Shown here: in pieces, positions 11,120-23,989 of the stretch
How the letters are laid out: each line of letters starts with the position of its first letter
How positions within the stretch are numbered: position 1 is the stretch's first letter
DNA from: Octopus sinensis
Taxonomy: Eukaryota
Direction: 5' to 3'
Assembly (NCBI RefSeq): GCF_006345805.1
Contig: NC_043020.1
Span: 28,396,001 to 28,460,000 of the forward strand
DNA: 64,000 nucleotides
Program-made: the position numbers and the translations under genes
Notes under the pieces: model-generated
Told to the model about the DNA's origin: nothing
The model's input: the letters and a program-made list of their open reading frames with translations, nothing else
Database searches by the model: none

Positions 11120-13377
11120 TCTGTCCAACTAAGTCGGACATTGGCCGACTTAGTAAATCCATCCTGGATACTGTTCTACCCCAAATAACCCCTCTTCTCC
11201 CCTTAAACCTATGGCTAAGTACGGACGAAGTTCTAAAATGGTTTAACTCTCTAACTAATACTAGTAGTCTGTCCTTTATTCAGTTCGATATTAATAGTTA
11301 TTACTCTAGTATTTCCCCTATCTTACTCAACAAATCACTAATATTTGCCATGAATCGCTCCCTCATATCTAGAAGAAATCAATATTGTGCTACTAGCTAG
11401 GAAGACATTTATAGAATTTGAAGATAAATTATGGACTAGAGCAGATACACCTAATTATTTTGATATACCAATGGGTTCCAGTGATTCGGCTGAGGTAACC
11501 AACCTAGTAGGCGCATATCTATTAAAATGCATAAGCAAGGATATCCCAGAAATACAGGGGGGTCTATATAGGGATGATGCTCTGTTTGTTATCCCTAGTA
11601 ATAATAAATCTGTTATAGAAAGGATTAGAAAGAAAATTAATAAGTTCTTTAAGGATTTCAACCTCAGTATAACGTATGAACCGGGCACTAAAATAGTTAA
11701 CTTCCTAGATATTACGCTAGACCTTAACTCCAAGCTGCATTACCCATTTAGAAAGGAAGGCGAAATCACGAATTACGTAAATAAATTATCTAATCATCCC
11801 CCAAATATAATTGAATCTTTAGTAAGAAAATTTCATTAAGAATTTCAAAATTATCATCCAATAAGGATATATTTAACTCCCATTCTGAGCATTATAATGC
11901 GGCGTTAACTAAGGCTGGATACAACCAAAAGATTACATTCGTTGATAAGGAGAACTCACGTATTCCTAATAAAGAAGTTATCAGTAATCACGTAAGCAGG
12001 AATACAGACCAAGCCCGAAATAAAAGTAGAATTAAATTAACGGTAAACGCTAATCTAACGTACAGGCCCAACAATTCAAATAGAAGCATTGACCAGAACA
12101 TAGGTAACTCGGATAATATCGAAGTAGATAAACCTAAGATGCACACAAATATAAATAAAAATAATGGTAATAAATACAATAACTCCGGTGAGATGAATAG
12201 TAATAATTCTACGAACCCTAAATTTAATAAAAAAGATATATTATGGCTGAATATTCCTTTCAACTGTGCGATACAATCGGATATACAGAACAAATTCAAA
12301 GTAATTCTGGAAAAAAATTTCCCTATCTCTCATAGATATCATAGAATTATTTCTAGGAAAACAGTTAGGATTTCTTATTCAACCCTCCCAAATATGTCCA
12401 CTTTAATAGCTAAGATTAATAATAACAACATTAAACTAGCCAGGAAAGATAGAAATAAAAATAATAATATCAGCATGAATACCAATAGCAATTATAATAA
12501 TACTACCAACAATAAAAACAGCAATAGTAACTATCAAAACATAGGTGAAATTAGTAACCACAGAAGGACTAATAACATTAACATTAATAGTAATAATAAC
12601 AATGCCGATATTAATAGAAGTAATAATGTTAATAATAGAAATAATAGAAATAAGGCTAATGGAGAAAATAAGGAGAATGAAAATATCAGTGATATCTATA
12701 ACAACAATATGCAGTCGGATAAAATGACTAACAATAATAGTAACATTACCAATAATATAAGAAATCATGGTAGGACTTTAGACCTAAATGATGAAACAGA
12801 AGGATCAATAAATAATAGCAATACTTTAGATATCAGCACCAACTATAGAAATATTAATAACAATAAGGACAATTATACTCATGATAATCAAAATAATGGG
12901 AACCTAAGACATCTACCCAAGAATAATCCAAAACCTGAAGTTGTTCCTCCTGTGTGTAAGTGTAGAATAAAATCAAAATGCCCGGCACCTGGTCTATGCG
13001 GGGAAAATAATGTAATCTATAAATGTACCATATCCACGGAGAATAACAAATATTTTTACATTGGATGTACAATTAATTTTCTAGCCAGAGTTAGAAATCA
13101 CATCTCGTCTTTTAAATTACGTCATAAAGCTGGTACCACCACACTTTCAAACAAAATCTGGGAACTCAAAAATAATAATAATAATTATAACCTTAATTGG
13201 GAAATAGTTAGGAGAGCAATTCCGTATAAAAATAGTAGGGTTGGTTGCCAACTATGCTCCATGGAGACGTATGAAATTCTAAAGCATAGAAAACATAGAA
13301 ACTTATTGAATAACCATATCGAACTAGGTCAAGTTTGTGTCCACGCTAAATTGAAGACTTTAAAATATTTTAAATGA
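11120..13377 (+). pseudogene. Penelope-like RT/GIY-YIG ORF, 5'-truncated, with two frameshifts (~11372 and ~11828)
   Basis: ORF track pieces 11026-11400, 11387-11839 and 12139-13377 join into one RT-EN protein if 1-bp indels are assumed at tctagaagaaatc and agaaaatttcatta. The last frame is open from ~11830 to 13377. Confidence 0.85.
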
Positions 13378-14587
13378 TTAGAATATTCGTAACTAGATAG
13401 ATAGATAGATATAACTTGATTTTTACTAGTATAGCACTGCTTTAAGTAGATAACTAAGAGTTCTCACACTATAGTTATCTTTTCCTTATATCTGCATCAG
13501 TTTTTTGAGAACAGGGAAATGAATAGTACTTATACGCTGCTTAATTGAGGCTTTATTTAATTTCAAACTCATAATTTTAAATCTTAATTGTAATTTTAAT
13601 TTTAATTCTTAACTTAATCTAATTTAAGTAGCATAACTTTAATAAAATAAAATGAGTTACTAAAGCCCCATAATTCTATTTCAAAATTAAATAAATAAGG
13701 CTACTCCCTCGGTGATAATATGATTATCTTCATTATGATAGACAATTCCCTAACACCTTGTAAATGATCTTCTAAGATTTGACCTGTAGTCCGTCAATGT
13801 ATGAATAATAACGGCAACTCCTTAAGACAATAAAATGAATAAATGAAATAAATAAATTTTAATGACTTTTTGATAAGATTATACTTAGATTTTCCTAATG
13901 TATTTTCTTTTGATTTTAGCCTCTGACTCCTAAACCCCTGACCGTGTTATCTCTTTAGATTCTCTTTAAATTCATAGCTGATTTCAACAGCAATAAATTA
14001 GCTGTTTTACTGGTCAAAGAATAATATTCTCCTCTAGTTCCTAGATGCCTGTAAATTAAAACCAGACTTGCGGTCTACTAATTCTTCTGTATAACTAGAA
14101 CCCTCTTTTTTTCTTTTTCTTTTTTTTCCCTTCTTTCCCTATTTCTTTCTCTTTTCTCTTTTTTCTTTTTCTTCTTCTTATTCTCTTTTTCCTTTTCTCT
14201 TCTCTTTTAGTCCCCCTCCCCCCCTTTTTGCTCCCTCCTCCTTTATTTTCTCTCTTTTCTTCTCTTCCCTTCCCCTTTTCCTGTTCTTTGCCTCTCTAGA
14301 AAGCCCTTCAGCCTTTAAAAGTTAAATAGCTACAGCCTCTTGTAAATAGCAGTAATGTGATTAATGTGGCAAATACCTAATCATATAACAAGAATTGATA
14401 CCTACCTCATTGTGTTCAACCATTGATAAATTTATCGCCTGTGAATATGAAATTCCTCTTCATTTCTCTGGAAATTTACATCTACACCATTGGAAATTGT
14501 GCATCTATACAAAGGATTAATTCACCCTCTCTGTAATGCTAATAAGCAGGAATTGAGACCCACCTCGTTGTGATTAACAATGGATAA

Positions 14588-15560
14588 ATTTGTCGTCTGT
14601 GAGTATGTAATCCCTCCTCATATCTCTGGAAATTCATATGTGCACTATGGATTAGGTCACCTTCTCTGTGATGCTATTAAAACTTTTTTAAATTCTGTGA
14701 TAAGACTGTACATCATCTTTAAAGAACTTTAATGAACTTTGGAAATCTGTTTATGTTACTTAATTATCTACATTACTTCATGAGTATAGCCTCAACCACT
14801 AGGATGTCTAGAGAACTCACATGTATTTTAGCTGATGAGTACGGGACACGTTTATATGCTGTAATTTTTGCAACATTTAATAAAGCCTGTCCTTGTATGA
14901 AACGATTGTACTAAAAACCTATCCATTCTTGTTGCTTCTTTCTCGCGTATATATATATATATATATTAGAAGGTTTAGAGATGATGTACAGGTATTATCT
15001 ATTAGGAGAAATGAGGTACTCAGAAATCTGGATTGGTTCATATTTACAGATATTTATAAGTATGTTACATGTTTTTATACAGCATATATATATCATATAT
15101 TAGCACTTTTGTCCATTCTAGTGGAGTCAGTTCAACTCCACTAGAATGGACGAAAGTGCTAATATATGATATAGGATGTATAAAAACATGTAACATACTT
15201 ATAAATATCTGTAAATATGAAACCATCCGGATTTCTGAGTACCTCATTTCTTCTAATATATAATACCTGTACATCATCTCCAAAACTTCTAATATCTAAT
15301 AACAATATCCTGCTTGACATGAATTTATTAGAATGCCGGAGGAGTGGACACCTGCTGCCAGTGAGGAAGTACATGTACAGTTCTGTTGCCAGACAGTTCT
15401 CAACTGCAAACAACTTGTGTCTGTGCTCTCAGCATTATACATCTGTATGAGAGGGTCTCTCAAAGTGAGTTCCACATCAATAAAGTGTTCTAATAATAGT
15501 TTATGTGTTTAGCAGGATATAAAGATTTGCCATATACATATATAGATATGCACGTGCACA

Positions 15561-15620
<60 letters not shown>

Positions 15621-17411
15621 TATATATCTCTGTACATATATATATGTATATATCATCATCATCGTTCAACGTCCGCTTTCCATGTTAGCATGGGTTAGAC
15701 TGTTCAACTGGGGTCTTGTTATTCTCTTTAAGTGAACATTTTTCTGGTTGAAATACACCGAAAAATGGCTACACAGCAGTTAAAAAAATTGGGATTTTCT
15801 CATAGAAAAAAACAGCACCTTTTTGATGTAAATAATTTTTGGTGTTAACTTGGTCCGATTTGAATTTTTTCTTCTACAGAAGGAAGAGCAAGCCTTCTTC
15901 TATCCTACTCTCAATTTTGGTCAACTTGCGCCGCAGGGTCTCGGAGGAGATAGTGTTAGTTGAAGGCTACTAAACCTGCCATACACGATTCTAGTATACA
16001 GTGACGTACAGACATACTACTTGACACTTACATTTCATATGTGGAAATTTTGAAGTCTTATTCTACGTCATTTACGGGAAATCCCAGTTTGAAATATAGG
16101 ATACTTTATCATTCGTGAATATCTAATTACAATGCCGTCTCAGTATTCCAAAGAATAGAATCGGAAATTATCTAGTGTACCAAAAACGGTCATTTTTTGA
16201 GGTGCGTGTATTTTAAGGGAATGGCTATATGGTAAGTAGCTTGCTTACCAACCACATGGTTCCGTGTTCAGTCCCACTGCGTGACACATTGAGCGAGTGT
16301 TTTCTGCTATAGCCCCGGGCTGAAGAAAGCCTTGTGAGTGGATTTGGTAGACGAAAACTGGAAGAAGCCTGTCGTATGTGTATGTTTGTGTGTCTGTGTT
16401 TGTTCCCCCACCATCGCTTGACAACCGATGCTGGTGTGTTTACGTCCCCGCAACTTAACAGTTCGGCAAAAGAGGCCGATAGAATAAGTACTAGGCTTAC
16501 AAAGAATAATCCCTGGGGTCGATTTGCTCGACTAAAGGCGGTGCTCCAGCATGGCCGCAGTCAAATGACTGAAACAAGTAAAAGACTGGGGTGCTCCCTT
16601 TTCCGTAATTTTTCAGTTTTTTAAATTTTTCGACAATTTTTTCATATTTATGACATTTTTTGAAGAATCATAACCTCGGATATTTAAAACAAAAATCGGG
16701 GAAATTTTTCTAAACAAAGTCAAAAGATGAAAAAGTACGGAAAATGAGTGAGGCGGGTGTCAAAAACTGCTTCCCTCCATCCAAACATTAACATCCGTGG
16801 AACGGTTTGGGATTTGTATTTTATATGTATTATATTCAAATTTGCGGAATTTCATTCCGACAAAAAAAAATGATGAATTATTCATATTTATCGATTAATT
16901 GTTATATACCGTTTTGATAACGGAGTCTGCTTGGTATATACGAGGTCATTGCTCTATTAAAGCAACTTGAATCTCCTGTTTACAAACACTAAATTGAAAC
17001 TATAAAAAGAAAATGGGATTTCTTCAAACCAACGAAGAAATCTCTACGGGATCGTTCGATCTACTAGAAAAAGCAGCTAAGTAAATCCGAGATAATCTAT
17101 TCCTAAAATGAAAAAGAAAACGGGATCCTTATGATTTGAATGCTTTCTACGATTAAGGTTAAACAACTTATAATTTGCATGTGTTTCTCAGCCAACCTCC
17201 ACAACATAGAAGACATACGGGTATAATAGACTGACCCCCACCAATTTCACCACCACGTATTCAGGGTGGAAAGTTTTTAGTGTTAAAGTTTGTGGGAGGC
17301 CCAAATTCATAAACAGAACCCAGGACGGTTTTCTTGAGACATTCTTGAGGGATAAAAAAAAAAGCTGCGTATCATATCCCATCAAATACGAAATTGTCTT
17401 TAATGCAGTCA
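14588..17411 (+). repeat. 2.8-kb direct repeat (copy C), continuing into unique sequence after 17411
   Basis: Matches 8281-11092. Diverges at gcagtca|tttcag versus gcagtca|gcctct. Confidence 0.93.
14826..14916 (+). ncRNA. Type I hammerhead ribozyme, copy C
   Basis: Identical to 8520-8610, 6306 bp downstream. Confidence 0.8.
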
Positions 17412-18569
17412 TTTCAGAATTACAATTCGGTTGGTAACATGAAATAAAATTCATAATATTTACGACCGGGTGGTCAAATAACACAGGAGGATCAAATAAC
17501 TGAGATTTGATCTAATTGTTCGGTACCGTAGATAAATAGCTGTGGCTTGACCAAATTCTTTAGAGTGAAATTTGGTTGACAGAAATTGCGTGGAAGGTAT
17601 CCGGAAAACCTGGTCCTGTTACAGGGTGGTAGATTTAAGTTAAGGGGTCCGCCCCCATTTAACACCATCGCATGGGCCAATGGGCACTTTCTATTGGGTC
17701 CCCACTGTTTTGAAGATTCGGGATAGGGCCCCGGTCACAACTTATTTCTATGAGTCTTACAGGCTCTGAAAATGACTAAGATCTTACGAAAAAATCCAAA
17801 GAAACATTTAAGCGAATGAAAATAAAAATATTATCTTTAAGAAATATATTTCGTGAGTGTTGTTTGAAAGTGATGCTGGCAAACGTTAGTTCGATTTCAT
17901 CATAGGAAAACCAGCGGAGGTTCGAATCGTAGGAGTACCTGTCAGGCCACTCAAATCTGCTAGAAATAGCAGTCAAATATCTTGTGTCGCACTCTACCGT
18001 ATTAAAATCGAAATAACGTCTTTAAGTTTTGCTCTGTCTTTTCGGACATATAATCAAACTACATTACTCGATTGTCATGGTAAGAACGTCTCTGATCATA
18101 CGCTTGCTCTGTTATAGCTGACCTGTGGTTAAACAACAGTGACAATTGTTTTTATGACACAAAATAACGATTTTCGACGATCACCAACGATTTCTTTTTG
18201 CAAGACAATAAAATCTATATATATACACATATATAAAACACAACTAGGAAAATATTAAATCATAATAGACAACCTATAAGTCAATAATATACTCACAGCT
18301 GTCTTTCTTCCTCGTGTGGATCAGAGACGTAAATATCCGACAACGTCCGTGATTAGGGAACCGGAACTAAGGCAGGCAACTCTCTCACTCGTTAAGAGCC
18401 GTAAGAGTTAATGTTCTTGATTTCCTAATTCGTTTAGCATTAACATTTTAAGCCAATTCCTTGACAATAGCAAGAGTCTTTCTTTAGTCCTTGCTAAGTT
18501 TGCTTTGAGACCCTCTAACTGCATATTTTACTTCCACGTCCGAAATTTCTTCATTGATTTATATGTAAT

Positions 18570-18960
18570 CATCATTATCGCTTAACGTCCGCTTCCCATG
18601 CTAGCATGGAATGGATGATTTGACTGAGGTCTGGCGAACCAGATGGCTGCGCCAGGCTCCAGTTTGATTTGGCGGAGTTTCTACAGATGGATGCCCTTCC
18701 TAATGCCAACCACTCCGAGAGTGTAGTGGGTGTTTTTAAAGTGCCACCGGCACGAGGGCCAGTCTGGCGGTACTGGCAACGGCCACTCTCGAAAACGGTG
18801 TTTTTTATGTGCCACCTGCACAGGAGTCAGTCCAGCGGCACTGACAACGACCTCACTCGAATGGTTTGTTCACGTGCCACCAGCACAAGTGCCAGTGAGG
18901 TGACGCTGACAACGATCACGCTCAAATGGTGCTCTTTACGTGCAAGACAGCTGCTCTGGC
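18570..18960 (-). mobile_element. Family-3 SINE with internal tandem units
   Basis: Same core as 2565-3085. Confidence 0.7.
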
Positions 18961-19149
18961 AGTGATCCTTCTTGGATGGAGCTGTTGGCGCTCCCCTGGC
19001 ATGGGTGCCAGTCATCGAATGCGGTTCAATTTCGATTTCACTTGCCCCAACAGGTCTTCGCAAGCAGAGTTTTGTGTCCAGTGAAGGGAGGTTGGCATGG
19101 GTGCCAGTCGACGAATTTGGTTCGATTTCCAATGTAATATAATATATAA

Positions 19150-19495
19150 AAGGGTAAAGGACCCCTTTCAGTCATGAATGACCGTGGGATTGCACCTAGA
19201 AAGTTCCCCTCCAAAGCACAAGTCCAAGCAAGGTTGTTTATGAAAGACCAGCAGTCACCCATGCATACCAGCCTTCCCTCTCCACACTACTGATGTTATC
19301 CAAGGGAAAGACAAAGGGGCCAAAACAGCTTGCCACCAGTGACGTCACAACTCATTTCAACAGCTGAGTGAACTGGAGCAATGTGAAATAAAGTGTCTTG
19401 CTCAAGAACACAACACACAGCCCTGTCCACGAATCGATCTCACAACCTCGTTATTGTGAGCCCACGCTCTAACCACTGAGCCAATGTGCCTTCAC
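19150..19495 (-). mobile_element. tRNA-derived CORE-type SINE
   Basis: Minus-strand head ggcacattggctcagtggttagagcgtgggctcacaa.. followed by cttgagcaagacactttatttcacattgctccagttcactcagctg (CORE-like). Confidence 0.65.
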
Positions 19496-19989
19496 AGTAT
19501 ATAATACAATCTTTTCTACTCTAGGCACAAGGCCCGAAATTTTGGGGGAGGGAACCAGTCGATTAGATCAACTTCAATACAAAACTGGTTATTAATTTAT
19601 CGACTCTGAAAGGATGAAAGGCAAAATCGACCTAGGAGGAATTTGAACTCAGAACATAAAGTCAGACGAAATACCACAAAGCATTTCGTCCGGCATGCTA
19701 ACATTTCTGCCAGCTCGCCGCCTTACAATATATAATATAATGCTTTGAGCATGTTAGCTTGCTTCAGTAGGTTCTGTTGAACCTTGAGGGGTGCAAGCAA
19801 TTGAGGCACTCAATGTTAAATTGATGTTTCTTTCATTTTTTTCTTTCTTCCTTTTTTTCCATTTTCCTTCTTTACCGGTTTTGGATTTGTACGGGGTGCA
19901 TAAGGTATTTGAGGACATACCTTTCTGGGGTCATTGCAGCATTTTTTGCTAACTCTGTACAATCTTTGTTTTTGAAAATAATAATGGCA

Positions 19990-20462
19990 GAACCTCAGCT
20001 TACTCAAGAAATGAAGAAGCATGCTGTTATTGTGGTTATAAAGGCTGAGTATAGCGATTTAGAAATATCTTAAGTTGCCAGATCTTTCGTCTACAAAGTT
20101 TGTAAGGAGCGAGAGACTGAAGATGGAAATATCACCAATACCAAAGCATAAATAGTATTCTAGACGCTCTGAAATCATTAGAACCCCTGAATTCAACCAA
20201 CAAGTTCAACAGACCATTGATTACAATCCCAGAAGGTCCATGAGGTCAATTGCAAAAGATCTCCATGTGTCAGAAAGAACAGTCTGAAATGTTGTCCACA
20301 AACACATCAGGTATAAGTCTTATATGATGAGGAATGGTCAATTTGTCAGAAAAAGCAAAAGGAAATCACTACATCCAGCAGAAGAATATTTGATTTGGTT
20401 TTTCTCAAATGAGAAAAACCTTGACTAAGATCAAAAATTAAACAGAAGAAATAACAGATGGT

Positions 20463-20495
<33 letters not shown>

Positions 20496-21400
20496 TGTGT
20501 ACAGTGCTCAGGTGCACTACAACTCATCTAAAGTGTATGTATAATCAGGTGTAGTTTCGGCGGATTTCGGAAAGCATGAGGGCCTTAAAGGATGCAGTGT
20601 CATGGCAGTCAACAACTGACGCAGGCAGTTTATTCCATGCTTCACCAACTCTGAGCGTGAAAAAATGTTTCCGAAAGTCATGGGAAACATTTTTTCATGC
20701 TCAGAGTTGCTGAAGCATGGAACAAACTGCCTGCGTCAGTTGTTGACTGCCATGACACTGCATCCTTTAAGGCCTTCATGCTTTCCGAAATCCGCCGAAA
20801 CTACACCTGATTATACATACACTTTAGATGAGTTGTAGTGCACCTGAGCACTGTACACAATTATTATTATTATTATTATTATAACCATCTGTTATTTCTT
20901 CTGTTTAATTTTTGATCTTAGTCAAGGTTTTTCTCATTTGAGAAAAACCAAATCAAATATTCTTCTGCTGGATGTAGTGATTTCCTTTTGCTTTTTCTGA
21001 CAAATTGACCTTTCCTCATCATATAAGACTTATATCTGATGTCTTCGCAGACAACATTTCTGACTGTTCCTACTGACACATCTTTTGAAAATGACCTCAT
21101 GGACCTTCTGGGATTGTAATCAATGGTCTGTTGAACTTGTTGGTTGAATTCAGGTGTTCTAATGATTTCAGAGCGTCTAGAATGCTTTTTATGCTTTGGT
21201 ATTGGTGATATTATGTGCAGACCCATCTGAAGTTCCAAAATTTCCTGCACCTGTCATGGTTTTAGGGGTTGTCAGCAATGAAGGACATGTAATACCTCCT
21301 TACTTCTTTCCACAAGGCCTTCAAGTTAACTCTGCCACCTACATTAAGGTCCTGGAAATAAGTGTTAAGCCCTGGACAGACAGTGTATGCAATGAAAGGC
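19990..21400 (+). mobile_element. Decayed Tc1/mariner-superfamily transposase, interrupted at tggtta^tgtgca by a CR1 fold-back and an inverted duplication
   Basis: RTPEFNQQVQQTIDYNPRRSMRS (HTH) and WFFSNEKNLD..NRRNNRWL resume after the insert as LCADPSEVPKFPAPVMVLGVVSNEGHVIPPYFFPQGLQVNSATYIKVL. Confidence 0.8.
20128..21212. repeat. 1.08-kb imperfect palindrome (10-nt loop at 20673-20682)
   Basis: 20128-20672 is the reverse complement of 20683-21212. Confidence 0.9.
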
Positions 21401-22561
21401 CTGGAGGCAAAGCGGCTGAGTTTCTTTCGAGCGTTGGACCTCACAGAGGCAACGACTGAGACCTTTGGTATTGTGTCGTGCTTAAGAAGACCCATCAAGC
21501 TGAGCAAAATCACAGTCATGGCAAATATTGGTATCATGCAAATGGCACCTGTGCCGGTGGCATGTAAAAGCACCCAATACACTTTCAAGGTGGTTGGCAT
21601 TAAGAAGGGCATCCAGCTGTAGAAAACCATGCCAAATCAGACCAGAGTCTATTGCAGCCTTCCAGCTTGCCAGCCCTGGTCAAACCATCCAAGCCTGGAC
21701 AACAGGCGTTAAATGATGGTGATGATGATAGATCATGCGCTAATGACCTGTATAAGATATAGATCATTAGCAGACATGAGTTATCAAGGAGGAACGGTTT
21801 TAAACTCTTCTGTTATGGCCTGTAGGCTTACAAAGAACAGGAACAGGAGCTTGAAGAGCTTTGATGAACTTCTTCCCACTTGGTAAATTTCTTACTGTTT
21901 GCACCTTTGTCCGTAGCTTGTAAAGCCCTTACAGGTGATTCATTTGCACCTAATTGCATTAGTGACATCCTGATTACAAAGCCTGACAGTCAAATGCCTT
22001 CTCCAAATCATTTAGTACTTGATAAAATAATTTACTCTTAGGTAATCACTTTACCTGTGGGTGTCTCACTCGATGGCCTGATTGACATCTTTCCAGGTAT
22101 AAAACTGGACAGCATCTCATCTACATTAGTTTCGTCCCCTATCATTTATGCTTTAACTTTTCCAGTAACCTTCATAATTTGGCCAAACAGTTTGATGCCT
22201 CTGTAAATGCATTCACTGAAACGTATCTCCTTTGCCCTTGTTGCTATTCATAAGAAAACTACTATGCTATTCACCGGGCCCATAACCCAGAGGTTAGGGT
22301 TGCACACAAGATCACAATATTGTGGTTTCAATTTCTGGACTGGACAATGCTTTGTTTTCTTGAGCAAAATATTTTGTTTCGCATTGCTCCAGTTCGCTCG
22401 GTTTAAATGAATAATCCTGCAACAGACTGATATTGTGTAGGGGGAATTCTATGTCACTTAGAAACCAGGCAAACTGGCCCTGCTCAAGGCTGTAATTCCA
22501 CTGGGTATGACGCACCCATCTGTGCTATGGGTCAGATATTTGTGTGATTTGCATGTTTCTT

Positions 22562-22793
22562 ATTTCTTTACTACCCACAAGGGGCTAAACACAGAGAGGA
22601 TAAACAAGGACAGACAAACAGATTAAGTCGATTAAATTGACCCTAGTGCATAACTGGTACTTAATTTATTGACCCCAAAAGGATGAAAGGCAAAGTCGAC
22701 CTCAGCGGAATTTGAACTCAGAACGTAACGGCAGACGAAATACCGCTAAGCATTTCACCCGGCCTGCTAACGTTTCTGCCAGCTCGCCGCCTT
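22562..22793 (-). mobile_element. Family-1 SINE with ~18-bp target-site duplication
   Basis: Flanked by tgtgatttgcatgtttct (22543-60) and tgtgatttgcatatttct (22796-813). Confidence 0.85.
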
Positions 22794-23989
22794 CATGTGA
22801 TTTGCATATTTCTACTTTGCCACACATTTTAAGCATCTGAGTGACTGTTCCTGATTAATGATTAAACAACTGCTTTTCTTGTTCTCATATCAATCAGCTC
22901 TATCTACCAAACTATTTCGATTTGTATTGCTGCTCCATTTATTGGGTTAACGTGAGGTTGACCCTTTTTTTCCCCATGCAATCCTCTCGTTCAACACCCT
23001 CTCATTATAATATAACATTTTCATGCTCCCTTTCTTTTCAAGAAAAGGAAATGTAAAAAAAAGTAATGCTCACTACAGTTCTGGATATACAAAAAGATGA
23101 GATAGTCATGGCTGGAGTGCCTTTGAATCACAGAGCTGCTCAATAAGGCAGTGGATGCTACAGCATGTGCCACCCAGAGCATCCTTTGAGTTTGTTGTTC
23201 CTCTCCGGGCCCCCATACATATTCAGGTTTGTGGCAGACCCTAATGTGTTGCCCCCATAAAACCATCAATCCAAGTGAACCCCCTACCTTGCTTGACCCC
23301 TAGCTACTCTACCATAATAAGGGATGATGCAAGTTCTAAACAACACCTAACATAAACTGCTGAAATTTCAGATCTGTTCCAGTCATTAGACCGCAGCCAT
23401 CCTGGGGCACCATCTTAAAGAGTTTTTAGTCAAAACAAATCAACCCCAATACCTTTCTTTTTTCTCAAGCCTGGTACTTATTCTATCAGTCTTTTTTGCC
23501 AAACTGCTAAGTTACGGGGATGTAAACACACCAACACCAGTTGTCAAGTGGAGGTGGAGGACAAACACAGATACAAAGACAACAGGCTTCTTTCAGTTTC
23601 TGCCCACCAACTCTACTCACAAGATTTTGGTTGGCCTGAGGCTACAATAGAAGACACTTGCTCGAGGTGCCAAGCAGTGGAATTGAACCCAGAGCCATGT
23701 GTTCAGGAAACAAACTTCTTACCACACAGCTACACCTGTGCATCTTTTAATGTAATTCTGGAAACTGGTTTCCAATTTATTTTGCAAGTTTTGCCAATTT
23801 TCATTCTGTATGTTTTAATGAAGAGAAACAACAAAAATCATTCTTGGTCTCCCTAGTACAGTGTTTCTCACACAATAGAGCAGTAATGAATAAAAGGTCG
23901 GTGAACAAATTGTGCTGCTATGTTTACTAAAATACCACGGTCAGCAGAAAAGTTCATAGGCTGACCACGATACTCTCATGGAATGTAAC

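Larger units (their letters stand above)
11094..14946 (+). mobile_element. 5'-truncated Penelope-like retroelement (RT, C-terminal GIY-YIG endonuclease, 3' UTR/pLTR)
   Basis: RT motifs FIQFDINSYYSSI, IPMGSSDSAE, GLYRDDAL, VNFLDITLDL, SNHPP. Endonuclease CKCRIKSKC..NVIY..FYIGCT..RVRNH..CQLC..LLN..CVH. Hammerhead-bearing pLTR ending at (TA)n. The CxCx5C linker recalls the Hydra clade of PLEs (from memory, unverified). Confidence 0.92.

Noticed and set aside
11988-12768. Hydrophobic minus-strand ORFs resembling membrane proteins
   Set aside because: Antisense shadow of the AAT-rich Asn linker (ATT = Ile).
13740-13960. Antisense words resembling an AP-endonuclease (TVRGL, FYCLKE, GVAVII) in the PLE 3' UTR
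   Set aside because: Different frames, multiple stops and wrong spacing; compatible with chance.
18285-18335. Minus-strand CTGAT..GAAAg-ACAGCTGT resembling a hammerhead
   Set aside because: Core incomplete and no stem II. At best a heavily deleted relic.
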